Origin: Eledone cirrhosa
Taxonomy: Eukaryota
DNA length: 64,000 nucleotides
Reading direction: 5' to 3'
Assembly (NCBI GenBank): GCA_964016885.1
Contig: OZ024740.1
Location: 279,062,001-279,126,000, forward strand
How positions within the stretch are numbered: position 1 is the first letter of the stretch; every line of letters begins with the position of its first letter. The position numbers and the translations under genes are program-made. The notes below the pieces were generated by a model. That model saw nothing but the letters and a program-made list of their open reading frames with translations. It did no database searches and was not told the DNA's origin. Of the stretch, positions 1 through 13,960 are shown piece by piece.

Positions 1-690
1 TTTGAAGGTGATCTCTGACATGCACTTGTTACATTTGCTGCTGAATGCTGCATGACAGGAATGAAAATCAGTGCTGCGATGACTGAGACACTCGTTCTTT
101 CAAGGAAATTCTAAATGAGTGGGGTTCCCCTGAAGCAGATGGAGAAGTTCAAGTATCTCAGGACCATGTTAACGAGTAATGGAAGGCAGTAGGCTGAATT
201 AAGTGTAAGAAATGCAGGAGCTGCTGCAGTAATATACAAGCTTCAGCGTTCGGTTATCAGAGAAAGGGAGGTAGGTGTAAAAGCCAAACCCACAATCTTC
301 AATTTGGTATTCATGCGAACCCTTATCTATGATCATGAATCTTGGGTAACAACCAAAAGAATATGATCGCGAATACAAGCAGCTGAAATGGGGTTCCACC
401 AAGGGTCTTTGGAGTAACATTACTTGATGGAGTGCGTAGCTCAGCGATCAGGGAGTTGCTCAATATAGAACCATTACTTCTCTGAATTGAGAGATTACAA
501 CTCCGATTCTATGAACATTGTCAGAATATTGACACCGAGCAAGATGGTTGGTTAACATCCATGAACTCAGCTGGTCACACTTGAGTATCCAACCAAATCA
601 ATTGGAGATGGATGCTTCTGACAGGACCCGCTGGAAGGTATGCTTGAGGATTGCCCTCACGACCTCCCAGGAATAAGTGGGTGAAGAAGA
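1..690 (+). mobile_element. Degenerate RTE-clade LINE, 3' portion (family ending ...CCCAGGAATAAGTGGGTGAAGAAGA)
   Basis: Broken RT C-terminal motifs (GMKIS, EKFKYL, LIYDHESWV, IQAAEM). The same 3' tail recurs at about 13260-13290, 19820-19890(-), 30170-30195, 46095-46130(-) and 58615-58645. Confidence 0.75.
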
Positions 691-2299
691 TATAGACATG
701 CATATATATATATATGAAAAATAATAATAATAATTTGAAAATGCACCTAATGTCATTTTATACATGAAAATTTACAGCACACAGAAAGAAATCAGTTCAT
801 ACAATATATATTACAGTTTTTGTTTTCTTTAAGTGTGGGGAGGAGAGTTGAAGAAAGAATCATGATTGTCTCCTTTGAGATTGTACTGACCAATTGTATG
901 TATGTTTGTATTATGCAGCAGTAGTTTCTTAATATGCACCACAATCAATACTGATGGATGAGAAAAATATGTTTCTAAGATCTCTTCTTGCACACTAGCT
1001 TGATAACAGACAATAATAATCTTCTTATCACAAGTAGTTACTTTAATGGGCATTTTTTTTTTACCCCCCTGATTCAGGCTAAATTAGCCTACCCTCTACC
1101 CATCTATCTACCTCTCTTTCTGCCTTTAATCATTACACTATCCTATACAAATGTGTTTTTTTTTATATTTGAATATTCAATTCAGTTGTATACATTGGTT
1201 TTGTAACAGGTTAAAAAGGTAAGTCTTATTTCACTTAGCACTTTTATATTTCTTTAAATATTTAAATGTTCAATTTTCCACTATGTTCTTATTCTAACTA
1301 CTTTGCTTTCAGATCCATTCCTTCCACAGCTAATTAAGTTACCTAAGTAATAGAAGCTATCAACTGCTACGGTGCCTTCCTGAGATGAGAAAAGGTCTAT
1401 TTCATTGTTGCTCTTACATACTATGGTTATAGTTTTCATTTAAAGACAAGATTTTTCAACAGCCATGATACTAGCAACCATAGCCTGACCTCCCATCCCT
1501 CCCTTCCTGAACAGTGCCTTTTCCCACCTCTTCTCATCTGTCCATATAATAATTGTTTCTACTTTTGGCACAAGGCCAGCAATTATAATGACACCCACTA
1601 GTAGCAGCCCAACTCTCATCACTTCTTTCCTGAAGATTGCTTGCCCACATATGCTCCTGTGGCACTTACTTACTGGACTATTATAATAGTGATCAAAATC
1701 ATAACCTATATTCCCCACTCTTAGCCATAACATGGTGGCCACAAAAATTAACTAAACTGCTTTAAGAAGTAGATGTGGGCTCCATAAGCCACATAGAAGG
1801 CAGCTTGCCAAGCCAAGGAGAACAGTAATTCAGAAGAAATCATCTATACAGGGTATGTGCAGACTACAACCTGCTTGGAGAGCAACGTGTTCAGGAGAAC
1901 TGTGACTCCAAATGAATAATATTGCATGGAGTAGATAGACAAGGACTCCAGAAGCCATGGAAATAGATTTCTTTATTATAGATAAGCAGCCTGTTTAGGA
2001 GAGCAGTTACTCTGAATTAAAACTAATAGAGAAGATCCTTAAGTCTTGATAGACAACCTCTAGTGATGGTGGCATTTTACTAGCTGAGAAGTAGATAGAC
2101 AAAGTAAATGAGGTAGTTAATAAATGATAAAATTATCAAGCATAGAATAGCCATAAATAATAGATTAACATCCGTTATCTTCACATATGCATCACAAATC
2201 CATTTCAATGAGGACCTTTCACAGATGACTTCAATATCAGATGACAGTGACCACATCAGTGATCCAAATCTAACCATTTCTTCAAGAAACCAACCAACC

Positions 2300-4460
2300 A
2301 CTTGATCACCTACTAATCAGGTGAGCATAGAAGCTAGATTGAGTTCATGCTCAATAGAAAATGGGATAGACTAGTTATGTATACAAAGTCTTTTTCCTGA
2401 GAAAAATGCAACACTAAACACAAATTAATTATTTGTGTCATCAGAATAAAAATCATGGATCCAGACATGCAAGAGCATCTGAAGATGGAGAGCATGGAAA
2501 TTAAAGGACCTTTTGCTTAAATATAGGTTCAGAAAAGCTCTACATAACTCATATGACAAGAGGAAGAAAGAGACATATGTATGACATAGAGGACAACAGG
2601 AAGTCCCCACAGACAACCTGCTTCAAGCTACTGATGAGATCTGTGGATGTAGCACAGTACCAGCCAAACAAAAAGTTACTTGGTGGTGGAACAGTTCTAT
2701 AAATAGAGCCATTAAAGCCGAGAGGTAGGCATGGAAAGACTAGAAAAATCTGGGTTTATTTAGCATGTAGAGAAGTAGAGAGGACGAGGTTTGCTAATGT
2801 GCTGCAACATAAGGATCAATGATATGAGGTGTTCCATATTGCAATACTCAGAAGAAAGCGGCCTGGAAATGCTACTATGAGAGGTTGATGAATGTGGAGA
2901 ATGAGTGGGAAGAAAAGGGACTACACTCAGTAGACTCAAAAAGGGCAGCTATACGGTCAAAGAAGCAATCAAGGATATGAAAAATAGTAAAGTTCGCTGA
3001 AATGCTGACTGAACTCAAGCTAATCATCTGCATAATCAATCAGATAATAAATAATGGTGTCATACCCAATGATTAGTGTAGCAGTATAATTGTTATAAGG
3101 AAAAAAGGGATGCTCTAGAAAGGAACTACATATGCATAAAACTGATGAATCACATTCCGAAAGTGGTGGAAAGAGTGTTATCACAACTAATTAGGGAAAA
3201 AGTCAAATTAAACAAGATACAGTTTGGTTTTGTGCCAAGAAGGAATATCACAGATGCTGTCTTAAGCTAAGTGTAAGCTGCTATATCTAGCTTTTGTTGA
3301 TCTGGAGAAGGCCTTTGACAGAGTTCCACAATCTGTTATCAAGTGGTTCTTAAAGAAATTAGGTGTAGATGAGTGGCTTCTAAGAGCAACGCAAGACATG
3401 TGCAGAGGTGCTGCCAGTAAAATAAGAGTAAGTAATGAGTTTAGTGAGGAATTCAATGTACAAATAGGTGTTCATCAGGGCTTGGGAGTTTATGATTGGC
3501 TAACCATGGGAGCTTCTGTATGTTGATGACCTAGTTCTTATAACTGTATCCATGGAAGAACTTTAGAAAAAATTCCTTTTAAAATCAAAAGAGCTCAGAG
3601 TAAACTTAGCAAAGCCTCAAGTTTTAGTGAGTAGGTAAGAGACAAGACTCCAAGTCCATCAAGGAAATGCCATGCTCAATATGTAGAAAGGAGTAGGTAA
3701 GAACTCAATACATATTCTCAATGTAAGGTATGGGTACATATAGCGTGTAGTGTAATTGTAGGCAGACTAACAGAAAAGATATACTTTGCATGTGACAGAT
3801 GCACAAGAACAGTATGTAATAAGAGCAACATTGGAATAGACCTTTTCTGATCTCAGGAAAGTACCATAGTAGTTGATAGCTTCAATTACTTAGGTAACTT
3901 AATTAGCTGTGGAAGGAATTGATCTGAAAGCATAGTACCTAGAATAAGAACATAGTGGAAAAAATTCAAGGAGCTACTATCTCTATTGACAACAAAAGGC
4001 TTCTCTCTATGAACGAAAGACCTGGTGTATGATGCCTGCATTTGAAGTGTGATGTTGTATGGCAGTGGGACATTGGCAATAAATGCAGAGGAGATACAGA
4101 GACTGGAGAGAAATGAAGTAAGCATGCTCCATTGGATGTTTAATGAATGACAGGACATGGAAGAACTGAGAGAAAAGCTAGGTATAAGAGGAATCAGATG
4201 TAGTGTGCAAGAAAGGAGACTGCACTGGTTTTAACATATGATGCATATGAATGAGGAACACTGGATTAAGTGCCAGGTAATGCCAGTGTAAGGAAGTTGC
4301 AGTAGTGGAAGACCAAGAAAGACCAGAGCCAAAGTGGTTAGAACTAATCTGAAAATACTGAACCTCACAGAGGCAATGACAAAGGAACATAGTGAAGGGA
4401 GGCTGTTGGAAAGGACCTGACAAACCCCTGCAAGCATGGAAAAATGGACATAAAATAATT
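2300..4460 (+). mobile_element. Degenerate RTE-clade LINE (RT plus PHD-like Cys cluster), many stops and frameshifts
   Basis: Relic motifs QFGFVP, AFVDLEKAFDRVP, GVHQG, ELLYVDDLVL, a C/H-rich cluster, and a 3' end CCCTGCAAGCATGGAAAAATGGACATAAAA shared with other copies. Boundaries approximate. Confidence 0.85.
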
Positions 4461-5039
4461 ATGAATAGGCAACATCATGATAGCTTCATCTTTGTACATG
4501 GAAGCTATAGTTATGATACACAAAAAGAAGAGGAATTAAGGCTCTAGAAATTCTTTGGTGCAAATGACCTAACCGTATACAACACTAACATCTAATCTCC
4601 TACTGAGGCAAATACACAAACAAACAATAGAGTTTATATCCATCAGAAAATGGGTAAATCAAAAATTTGTGGATATTAAGTTTTTCCCCACTGAAGAATT
4701 GACTAGTGATTAGTGACGAGAAAGACAGACTAGAAGACACACAACAATTTGGAGATGGAAGGTTTGAAAACTGAAAGATCATTTGGCCAGACATAGGCTC
4801 ACAGGTGTATTGGGAGATGCTTATGTCAAGAAAGAGGAGATAAAAACATAATAGAGGACAACTGAGAGTTTCTACAAAACAACCTGCTGTAAGCCACAGA
4901 CAAGAGCTGTGGATGGAACATAATTCCAGCAAGATGGAAGTTGATATCATAGCAGAATGGTACAGTAGATAGAGCCACAAAAGATAAGAGGTAAGCTTGA
5001 AAAGAATGAAAAATAATGAGAAGCTAAGAACAATATAAT

Positions 5040-5640
5040 TATCATTACCATTTTATGTCTGCTTTTCAATACTTGCATGGGATGGATGTCTTTATCACCA
5101 CAGCATCCCTCTACTACAGCTTCCTTCCACATCTACTCCCAGTGATCATCATTCATATGCCTCTCATGTCCATATTAACACAATCTTCTCTCTCTCTTGC
5201 ACATTACATCTGATTCCTCTTATACCCAGGTTCTCTCTCTCTTGCACATTACATCTGATTCCTCTTATACCCAGTTTCTCTCTCACTTCATCCATGCTTT
5301 GTCATTCATGCACATTTACATTGCACATCCATTGAAGTACGCTCACTTCATTTCTTTCCTGCTTTCACATATCCTCTGTTTTCACTGCCAATGTCTCACT
5401 ACCATGTAGCATCGCACATCACACACAGGTGTCATACAACCAGTCTTTCATTTATAGAGAGAAGCCTTTTTCCACCCTGTTCTTATTCTAGCTACCATAC
5501 TCTTGGAGCACCTTCCTTCACTGCTAATTAGATCATCTAGGTAGCAGAAACTATCAACTGCTTCTATGGATCCTTCCTGGGATTGGAAAAGGTTTATTAT
5601 ACTGATGCTCTTATTATCCCTGTACATCTACATAGAAAGT
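5040..5640 (-). mobile_element. RTE LINE 3' fragment containing a 45-bp tandem duplication (about 5186-5275)
   Basis: Reverse-complement similarity to 3800-4460; TTCTCTCTCTCTTGCACATTACATCTGATTCCTCTTATACCCAG is present twice. Confidence 0.7.
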
Positions 5641-6548
5641 CTATGATTAATACAAGAGTGGGGTTTACATTGTCAAACTTTGGGATACTCCATAATTAAT
5701 GGAATATAGGTTAGAGTTGTCTCCAACATATAATCCATTAACTACAGAGTAACCCAAGATAATGTTTCCCCAACTCTACATGAATCATTTGCACAGAGGT
5801 GTCATCCACAAATAACCTAAACCCCTCAGATATCCCAGATATGCCATTTTGGTAGCACCTTTTTAATAGGTACATGACATTCTCTTTTCTATCAACAGCA
5901 CAAAGATCCAACCACTATATAATATACATCAAGGAAACAGCCTTAAACCTCGCACTCTCTAGTCATCAATGCAATTAAAAAATTAAAACCCTGAAATATA
6001 CTATAAAATACTTCACTTCATAATCTCCGATGATCGCTTATGGTGACTTCCACCCATCCATACAATAAAATTGCCAAAGTTATATCACAAAGTCAAGGGT
6101 TCATTTTGAGAGCCAAAAAATATCTCACCCCATGATCAGCTGTTAACCTTTTACAAAGCTGAAGTAAAAATTCCACTACTATAAGAGGGTGATGTTGCAT
6201 CCCACATTAATATGCCGGACTAAATCAAAAAGACTATCAATCAAAAAGATTCCATCACCAACAAGACTCACAATAAGCTTACAGACACAGATTTTTTTCT
6301 CTATTGCTCCTATCTACAATGGCTTCTGCTTCTTTTATCTATTTACACCTAGGTCTACCCGTTACTATTATAGTGTATTTCAATCTCCATGCCTTACTCT
6401 AAAACATTCCTCTCCTGAGCAAAACCTAATGAATTCTCTCGCGGACCACAATTTTTATCTGGACGTTTAACATCAACCTCACCATTCTATAACGTACAAC
6501 GACTATAGGTACTGTCCTTCCTTCCTTCGACTTAATTATAAAATAATT

Positions 6549-6648
6549 GTTTCTACTTTTGGCACAAGGCCAGCAATTACCCAGTGCATTACTGGTACTT
6601 TATTTTATCGACCCCGTAAGGATGAAAGGTAAAGTTAACCTCGACGGG
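6549..6648 (-). mobile_element. 5'-truncated tRNA/Nin-domain SINE
   Basis: Matches the 3' part of the SINE at 18065-18250; flanked by repeated TTATAAAATAAT (TSD). Confidence 0.8.
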
Positions 6649-7042
6649 TTATAAAATAATAAATTTCTAAAAGCGTTTTGCACAAAATAGTCAACTTTAT
6701 TTCTACTTTAAAATTGTACAGAGGAACTGTACATTAACATTACCTCCAAAAAATTATCTTGTTCTTTCCAGTATCTTTTTCAACTAAATTTCTTTTCTAA
6801 AAATTCAGAGAAAACAATTGAGACACAATTCTGTATAAATGGTTCGTGAATTTTAATATATATATATATATATATAGTTAATAGATATTGATAAAATATT
6901 ATCCAGTGCAAAGTTTTCTCAAACGATACCATTCACATTTCATAAATAATGAAATAAATACATGTATTTGATATTTGTTTGGCCAGTTAAAATCCATAAA
7001 ATAAAAGACAAGTTCTAAGTCATCCACGTTCACTTAACATAC

Positions 7043-7098
7043 GCCGTTAATGACCTTGGGACAGACATGAACATCACAACATATAAAACAGAGACCAT
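7043..7098 (-). CDS. Candidate coding exon segment encoding a signal-peptide-like N-terminus (MVSVLYVVMFMSVPRSLT...) of a gene running off to the left
   Basis: The reading frame is open from a possible acceptor AG (7217-7216) to a GTATGT donor (7042-7037) and encodes a hydrophobic stretch in non-repetitive, CpG-containing sequence. No downstream exon was identified. Confidence 0.3.
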
Positions 7099-8816
7099 AT
7101 ATGTAGCAAAAAGAAACCAATATTTAGATCCGCTATAAGGAAGACACGAATTAAATTTCAGTTTGCTTTGTTTACCGATTTCTCGCGTAAAATCTTTCTC
7201 GGGTGCTCGTTCTTGCTAACACACACGCACGCACACATAACATAGACAATCAATGTCCAGCCCACACTACATTTCTTAACCTTTTTGTAATTGATTTTGT
7301 AGTTTTGAAGTGTTTTGAGCGAAATCAAAAGAAGATAGGGAGAATGTCATTTAGAAAACAAACTGACACAAAGTTGCGTTATATTATGTTAGATAATGGT
7401 CTCTCTGTATATGTACGAGTGTAACGCAACTTCTCAAGCAGATAACTTCTGTAATGCTTTGGAAGGTTACTCGAATTGCTTTGTTGTTGTTGTTTTGTTA
7501 CTGTCGGTTTTTTACAGCAATAACAGAGAAAATAAGACATCAGGAAATAAAGAAACAAAATTAAATACAAAATCACACGAATCTAAGAAAGTTATTGGAA
7601 ACGTCAATTTTTTTTCAGTCGGATAGACAAGTGGTTGCATCTAAGGGAGGCTATAGACAAGCGTGGTACAGCTCTGGACCTAAGTTCTAAAACCAAGTTG
7701 AGCCTTAATAAAGAGGAGAAAAATGTAAATATAGATATGTAAAGGAAGGTTGAAATTAAGATACCTGACGTAATTCATTAAATGATTGTTATGATCCGTT
7801 CAAGTTACAAAGCCATATTATTTATGAATGTTTGCCGGGTTACATAGTCGATAACTTCACGTTACAAAATTAAGCTGATCTCTTACACATCAAAAATATT
7901 TTTTGTCAATCATTTCAATAAACGAATTTTTGTTAGATTTAGAATTACATTAAGTATATATTTTTAATATACATAATGTACAGATCTATATTTCGTTCAG
8001 AGTTTTAGTATTTATTTTTAATAAAAATAAAACTAAACATCGCATCTTCAATTCAAAAATCACATTTAGGATTCGAAATTATTTTATTATAAATTTCGTG
8101 TCTTACCTTCATATGAAAATGCTTAAAAAAACTCATAGAAATGCATCAATAAATAACAAGCATACTTTTTAAAGTAGCATTAACTAAAATAACTTCAGTT
8201 AGTCAAATTCCTAATATAAAGGGTTGATTTCCCTCATAGATTTCTCTTTATCAGTTTGAACTCAACTTCTCCGAATTACAGAACGCACTTCACAACAAAT
8301 AACGATGTTCTTACATTAATGACAAGGCTTTTTGAAGCCGTGGAAGTAGGAAGAAATCTTTAAAGTATTTTATTTAATTATTGATAAGATGAACATGATG
8401 CAAAATGAAACAACGTATATTAAGTGAAAATCCAAATTATAAAAGATTTAATCATCAATTGTCATACCTAGAACTTTATTCTTTAAGATCCTATGAAGAC
8501 AATAAACAAAAAAAAAACTAGAGAATGTATAGATAACTTACCTTTAAATAAACAAGAGAACGAAAGTATATTAGAATTCACAAGTGAATCAGTTGGACAG
8601 AAAAAGATTATGCAAGGAGATTAAGAGAACTTGATATAGAAGTTCGGAAAAGTGTCGTCTTTCTATTTGGAAAGAATATTTAAAGGGAAACAAAATATTC
8701 TTTTTCTGTGGCTGCTAAATTAATAAAATAAAAAATTAAATAATATATTTAGTTGTTTCTAACGTTTGTTTAATTTATTTTTTCACCCCAAAATTTGAAT
8801 AAGAATTGTCAAATCT

Positions 8817-8985
8817 ACTTACTTGCAATGAGCCCGTGCCGCTGGCGCCTCAAAACACTTGGATTTACTAATTCTGTTGCACCGTTAGACTAATGGAATT
8901 GTTTTCTGAACACTATGACGTCACAGATAACCCGGATAAGGAAGAATTTTTTACAAAGAGGGCAGTTCCATACTTCCGGGAATAT
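8817..8985 (-). promoter_or_regulatory. Candidate promoter and first non-coding exon
   Basis: Local CpG enrichment, a palindromic CRE site TGACGTCA (8916-8923), an ETS-like ACTTCCGG (about 8973-8980) and a minus-strand GTAAGT donor (8822-8817). Confidence 0.35.
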
Positions 8986-10444
8986 GTAATAGTGAAAAAA
9001 ATTAAGAAATCGAAGAAAAAGAAAACGAATAAATTAATAAATATATGAAATCAGATTAATTGAGGATCTGAATCTACAGGACGGTTTTGCCATTGGGTTT
9101 TCGTTTGTTATTTTTAGCGTCCGGTGATCAATCAAGTTGGAAATTGTACAGTATATACTCTGCTGTATTATGTAGCAGACGCTATTCAAGAGTTGTATTA
9201 TTTCATTAAATAGAAATGTAATATTTTCATAGAAACTTAAAATTTCTATCGAAAAGATTTACTAAACGCATTGATGGGAAAGCAGTAATATATTGTTTAG
9301 CTACAATTACACATTCGTGTTTCATTACATTGATTTTTATTAAATTAAGCTAAGCTTTACAAAGATACCAGTCACAGCCCTTTTTAACTGTGTAGCTAAG
9401 GAAACTGTGATAGCAACAGTCACCAAAACAATAAGCGGCAACTCTTTGAAACATAAATTCGCTTAAAAGTTCCTATTCATTATTTACTTATTCCTGATTA
9501 TGTGTCATCTAAAGGACGTCAATTTTGATTAAATTCTAAAGAAAAAAAATTCCTGTAGTAAAAAATGTCCAATGTTTCCCTGATTTTCTTCGATATTTGA
9601 ACTATTTCGAAATTCAAAGTTAAAAAGAAAAGATCTAATGCAGTAATTTGGATTTGCGGGCGACATGTAGTGTTTAAATGCAATTTAGAGCTAACATCTT
9701 TGCAGGTTAAGTTGGCCTCCTGTGGTACTACAAATGTAAAGCCGCTAGTAATGAATTTACATTTCCTTAGATCAGGGAACAGCAGTAAATTACACCAAAT
9801 TAAACAATGAAAAATGTTAGGAGTAATGCAGGCGACACTTTTCTCAAAGTGCCAGGGTGTCGATCATGCGTATGTAATCATGTAACTTAAGATTACTTTT
9901 ATTGCTCAGCTCACACACACACAAACACAGCTGAATCCAAACCTTGGGTCTCCCCACAGAAACTTGCAGAAGGGTTGTCAAAGAGGATCGCAAGACGTAT
10001 CCCTGCAGAAAACCGCCTTAAAAAAGAGTAGTGATAAGACCAAGTGAAAGGCTATGGCTGAGAAAATGCATACACACAGAAGTAAACAGAACACTACTCT
10101 TAATCCTAACGAACTCTAACCTTAAACCATAATTGTAACCACAACATGTATGTGCGCAATGAATCCGGTGAATATGGCGAGATATTTTCGTTTTCTTATT
10201 TCGGGCTCTAATTGGAAAGGAATCCTGAAAATTATAGAGAGTAATAATTCATTTGTTGTTGTTTTTTTTCTATTTGAAACTATTGAATGTACGATAAATA
10301 TATAAATAAATAAATAAACAATGTACCAATATTCTCCCTAGCCAGGCTATAAAATATGCTTTTGTTTTGTAATTTTTTTAATATATATATTTTTTAATCA
10401 TACGTAACATTTTAAAGTCGAGAAATAACTGCTTATTAATTGAT

Positions 10445-10625
10445 TGTATCGATAGAGCGTCGGACACAGAGTTACATCCTTTTACGTTCTGAGTTCAAAT
10501 CCCGCCGACGTTAAGCTTTGCCTTTCACCCTTATGGGGTCAATAGAATGTACTAGTAATACCCATTGGGGCGATTTAATCGACTTTCTCCTCTCCCCAAA
10601 CTATTGGCCTTGTGCTTAAATATAT
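10445..10625 (+). mobile_element. tRNA/Nin-domain SINE
   Basis: B-box GAGTTCAAATCC followed by the CTTTGCCTTTCA-CC-T-GGGGTC core and a TGGCCTTGTGC tail. Confidence 0.75.
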
Positions 10626-11199
10626 ATACAACAGTTAATTACATAGATATTCCTCAAAATAAATATTTAAAATCTATCAAAGTAAAAGTATCTGTACATT
10701 TGAAGATGCACTAGGTAATTTATAGGGTTATGCAAGGCATTTCACAAGAGTGAACAAAGAATAAAGTTGGCTTTTATATTTAATTTATTTTTAAGTAAAA
10801 TTACAAAGCTTACACATTGTTATTTCTAGATGAGACATGTAATTTTGATATTTCAGTAGTTTCACAATCCTGTATAGGCTATTTTAGCTATTCCTCTTGT
10901 ACATGAAGGTAGAAAGGTTAGTCCAAACAGACTATTGTGATTCCAAATTACCTTTAACTCTCCACATAGAATGTGACATGATTTATAAAATGTATGTAAG
11001 CATTCTTATTCTTACTTTGGAAATTATTTGGAGTTATAACTTAAGTAAATGAAAACATGTAATTACAAAACAGAGCATAAAATTAATGCTCAGTACTTTT
11101 AGAAAGGAAATAATTAGAGCTTATTCCGATGGCTATGACAAAAAAAATTGTGTGGTGGACAATGTTGAAAGGACTGAAAACACAGAACTTCTTATTCAG

Positions 11200-11730
11200 T
11201 TAAAATTTCACCATAGGAGAAACTATAAAGGTGTCAAACTGATGGACCAGGTTATGAAAGTTATGGAAAGAGTTATGGCACAACTGATCAGGGATAAAGT
11301 TAACCTAAATAAAATGTTGGGTAGAAGTATGGCTGATACCTTCTACTTTGTGCAACAACTGCAGAAGTACTTAGCTAAGAGTAAGCCCCTCTATCTAGCA
11401 TAATTCTTATGGAGAAAACTTTTGACAAGGTGCTTTGCTCCATAATCTGATGGGCTTTTAGAAAACTATGAGTAGATGAGTGACTTGTAAGGGCTGTACA
11501 AGCCATATACTGAGGGACAGTAAGCAAAGTGTGAATTAACAATGAGTACAGTGAGGAATTCAACATGTGACTTTGTCTTTCACCCCATCTGTTTATTATA
11601 GTCCTCCAGACCATAGGAACTCTGTATGCATATGATCTTTTTTGCTGTGGAACTAGGAAAGAAATTTGAGACTTAGAAACAAAGGCTTGAAAGTCACCTT
11701 AACCATGGTAAAATCCTCATAAATAGGGAA
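11200..11730 (+). mobile_element. RTE LINE RT fragment
   Basis: Translation NYKGVKLMDQVMKVMERV...KYLAKSKPLYLA; homologous to 3120-3640. Confidence 0.8.
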
Positions 11731-13540
11731 AATGACAGTGCTCCTCCTCCCAACTCCCTTCTCAGCCCCTGGCCGCCTTCCCTCACCTTAGCCATCCTGT
11801 CCACTGCATACATAATTCCACCCTCCCTCACACTATCTGAATTCCCCACCTTAATCTTCCATCCTACCCACATCCTTGATTTCTCCTTCCTCATTCAACT
11901 CATACTAACATTGAAAGATGGATGCACTCGCTCACTCACTCTCTTCAAGTCACCCTCACAACCCAATGCTTTCTCTTCCTCCATTTACATCCTTCATGGG
12001 TGCACCCTATAATGTACTGCCAGACATCACCCATACACTCACTCTCTTCACAATGCAATGCTTGCTCTTCCCTCACTCATATCACTGATGGAGGAGCTCT
12101 GCAATGTGTTGCTAGACATCACACACTCTCTTCAAAGCCACCTTCAAAACCAATTCTTACTCTCTCTTTCTAGCTCCCACTGTGTGATATCCCCTCCCTC
12201 AGCAAGCAACATGTAGCTTGCCCACCCTCCCATCACTGACTTCTCTGCTTAGCCCAGAACACGAGCACCCCAGTATTGTAAAGAGGTAGTGCTGGTGCTA
12301 CATTTATTGTAGGTGCCATTTATTGCAGGTGCCATGATAAAATGTACTCAGAACATTCTGTGAAATGATTGATGTTATGAAAGGCATCCAGACATATATA
12401 GGAACTTATGAATGAAGAGTGAAAGTGTTTAGATTTATTTTAAAACTTCATTAATTTATGCTCTAAACACAAGATTAATGAAAATGTTAATTAAATTACT
12501 AGATTCTTCCAAGTTCGTGATTATTTTCAAAATAGTTTGAAAATCATAGGCAGTGTCTTTCATTAACAATATGGTAATGAAAGGGCTAAACCTACTCATA
12601 AAATCATGTCAGTTACTTCTAATTGTAATTCCATTCACATCCTGGTTTTATTATAGAAATTGACCTCAGTATATACCTGGTGTTATATTTTATCGATCCT
12701 CAGAATGATGAAAAACAAAGTTGACCTCAACATGATGATTTCAACTCAGATCCAGATAATCTCATACACAATTACTGTAATCAAACATATATAAATGAGT
12801 GATATTCCACTCACAAAATAAATCAGTTGGTTCTAAAATAATCATTGGAAAAGAACTATGATTTTCAAATAATTTTTAAAACAAGAATTTGAAAAGATTT
12901 AGTAATATAATTATCTTTTTTATTATCAAGCTGCTTTTTGGAACATAACATAACAAAGGTTCTTACATAATTATAATGGAAGATTTTTAGATTAAAAAAA
13001 ATAGTCTTCCATCAAAATTTTTTTTTTTTAGATAGTACGAATAAGACCATCAAAACTGCAATATGGTGAGTGGTAAGAAAAAGAACCATACCACATCGTC
13101 CTTCACATGGATTAACAAGGTAGATGATCCTGTTCGAAAAATATATTACATGTCTCCATTTCATGCTGTAAAGACTAGCGATGGGCCTGTGATCTGCCCT
13201 GCAAGGCATGGGATGGACACATAAAGATTTGATATCCCAAAACCCCAAAGAACTCCCATGGCCCTCTCAGGAATAAGTGGGTGAAAAAGAAGATTTTAGA
13301 TAAATATAAGTACATTAAAACAGTTTTGTATAATAGAACCAGGAACAGTTTCAGGCAATTTGGTATCAAAAAGGTTAAACAAGTTGTTTTATGCATTAAT
13401 GATTATTTGTTATGGGATCACTACACTTAAGCATTAAATTAAGCAGAGAGTCAATGGTGCAAACTGCCAGAGATAGCAGCCAAATTTCCTTCAACTCATA
13501 TCCTACCATCTTCAATAAAAACAGGCACATTAGATAATCT

Positions 13541-13960
13541 AGTACACCATGTAAGGTGCTTAGTGGTAGGAAGGGCACCCCTATATAGGAACCATGCCAA
13601 AAGGCTCAAGGAGACTCTTTAGTTGTGTCTGAGGCATGGCAACTTCTCTAGCATTGGTGATTTAAACGATAAACCCCCAGATAACTCTGTAAATTGGTTG
13701 GTGATAAAAAGAGCACCCCAATGTAGAAACCATATCAAAAGGGGTCAAGGGGACTCTATAGTTGTGTCAGAGACATAACAATCTCCCTACTATCGGTGAT
13801 TTACATGATAAACGCACCCAGTACACTCTGTTAAGTGGTTGTTGATAGGAATGGCATCCAACCATAGAAAATTTACCAAACAAAGGGTTAGGAAGACTCT
13901 TCACCTATGCCAAAGACATAACAACTTTCTTAGTGTTGGTACCATGATAAAAGGCACTCA
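13541..13960 (+). repeat. Three diverged tandem units of about 140 bp derived from an RTE-associated SINE body
   Basis: Each unit begins GTACAC/ATAACTCTG-TAA-TGG...AGGAAGGGCATCC-like and ends ...GATAAAC(G)CACCCA-like; units start near 13541, 13681 and 13821. Confidence 0.65.

Noticed and set aside
3141-3170. CTGATGA...GAAA hammerhead-like string
   Set aside because: It lies in RTE coding relic (KLMxHIxKVVER) and lacks supporting stems.
10100-10140. True telomere or telomere fusion site
   Set aside because: Only a few degenerate TAACC units embedded in repeat-like sequence.
13541-13960. CRISPR-like repeat-spacer array
   Set aside because: Eukaryotic context; the units are diverged along their whole length, with no identical repeats and unique spacers.
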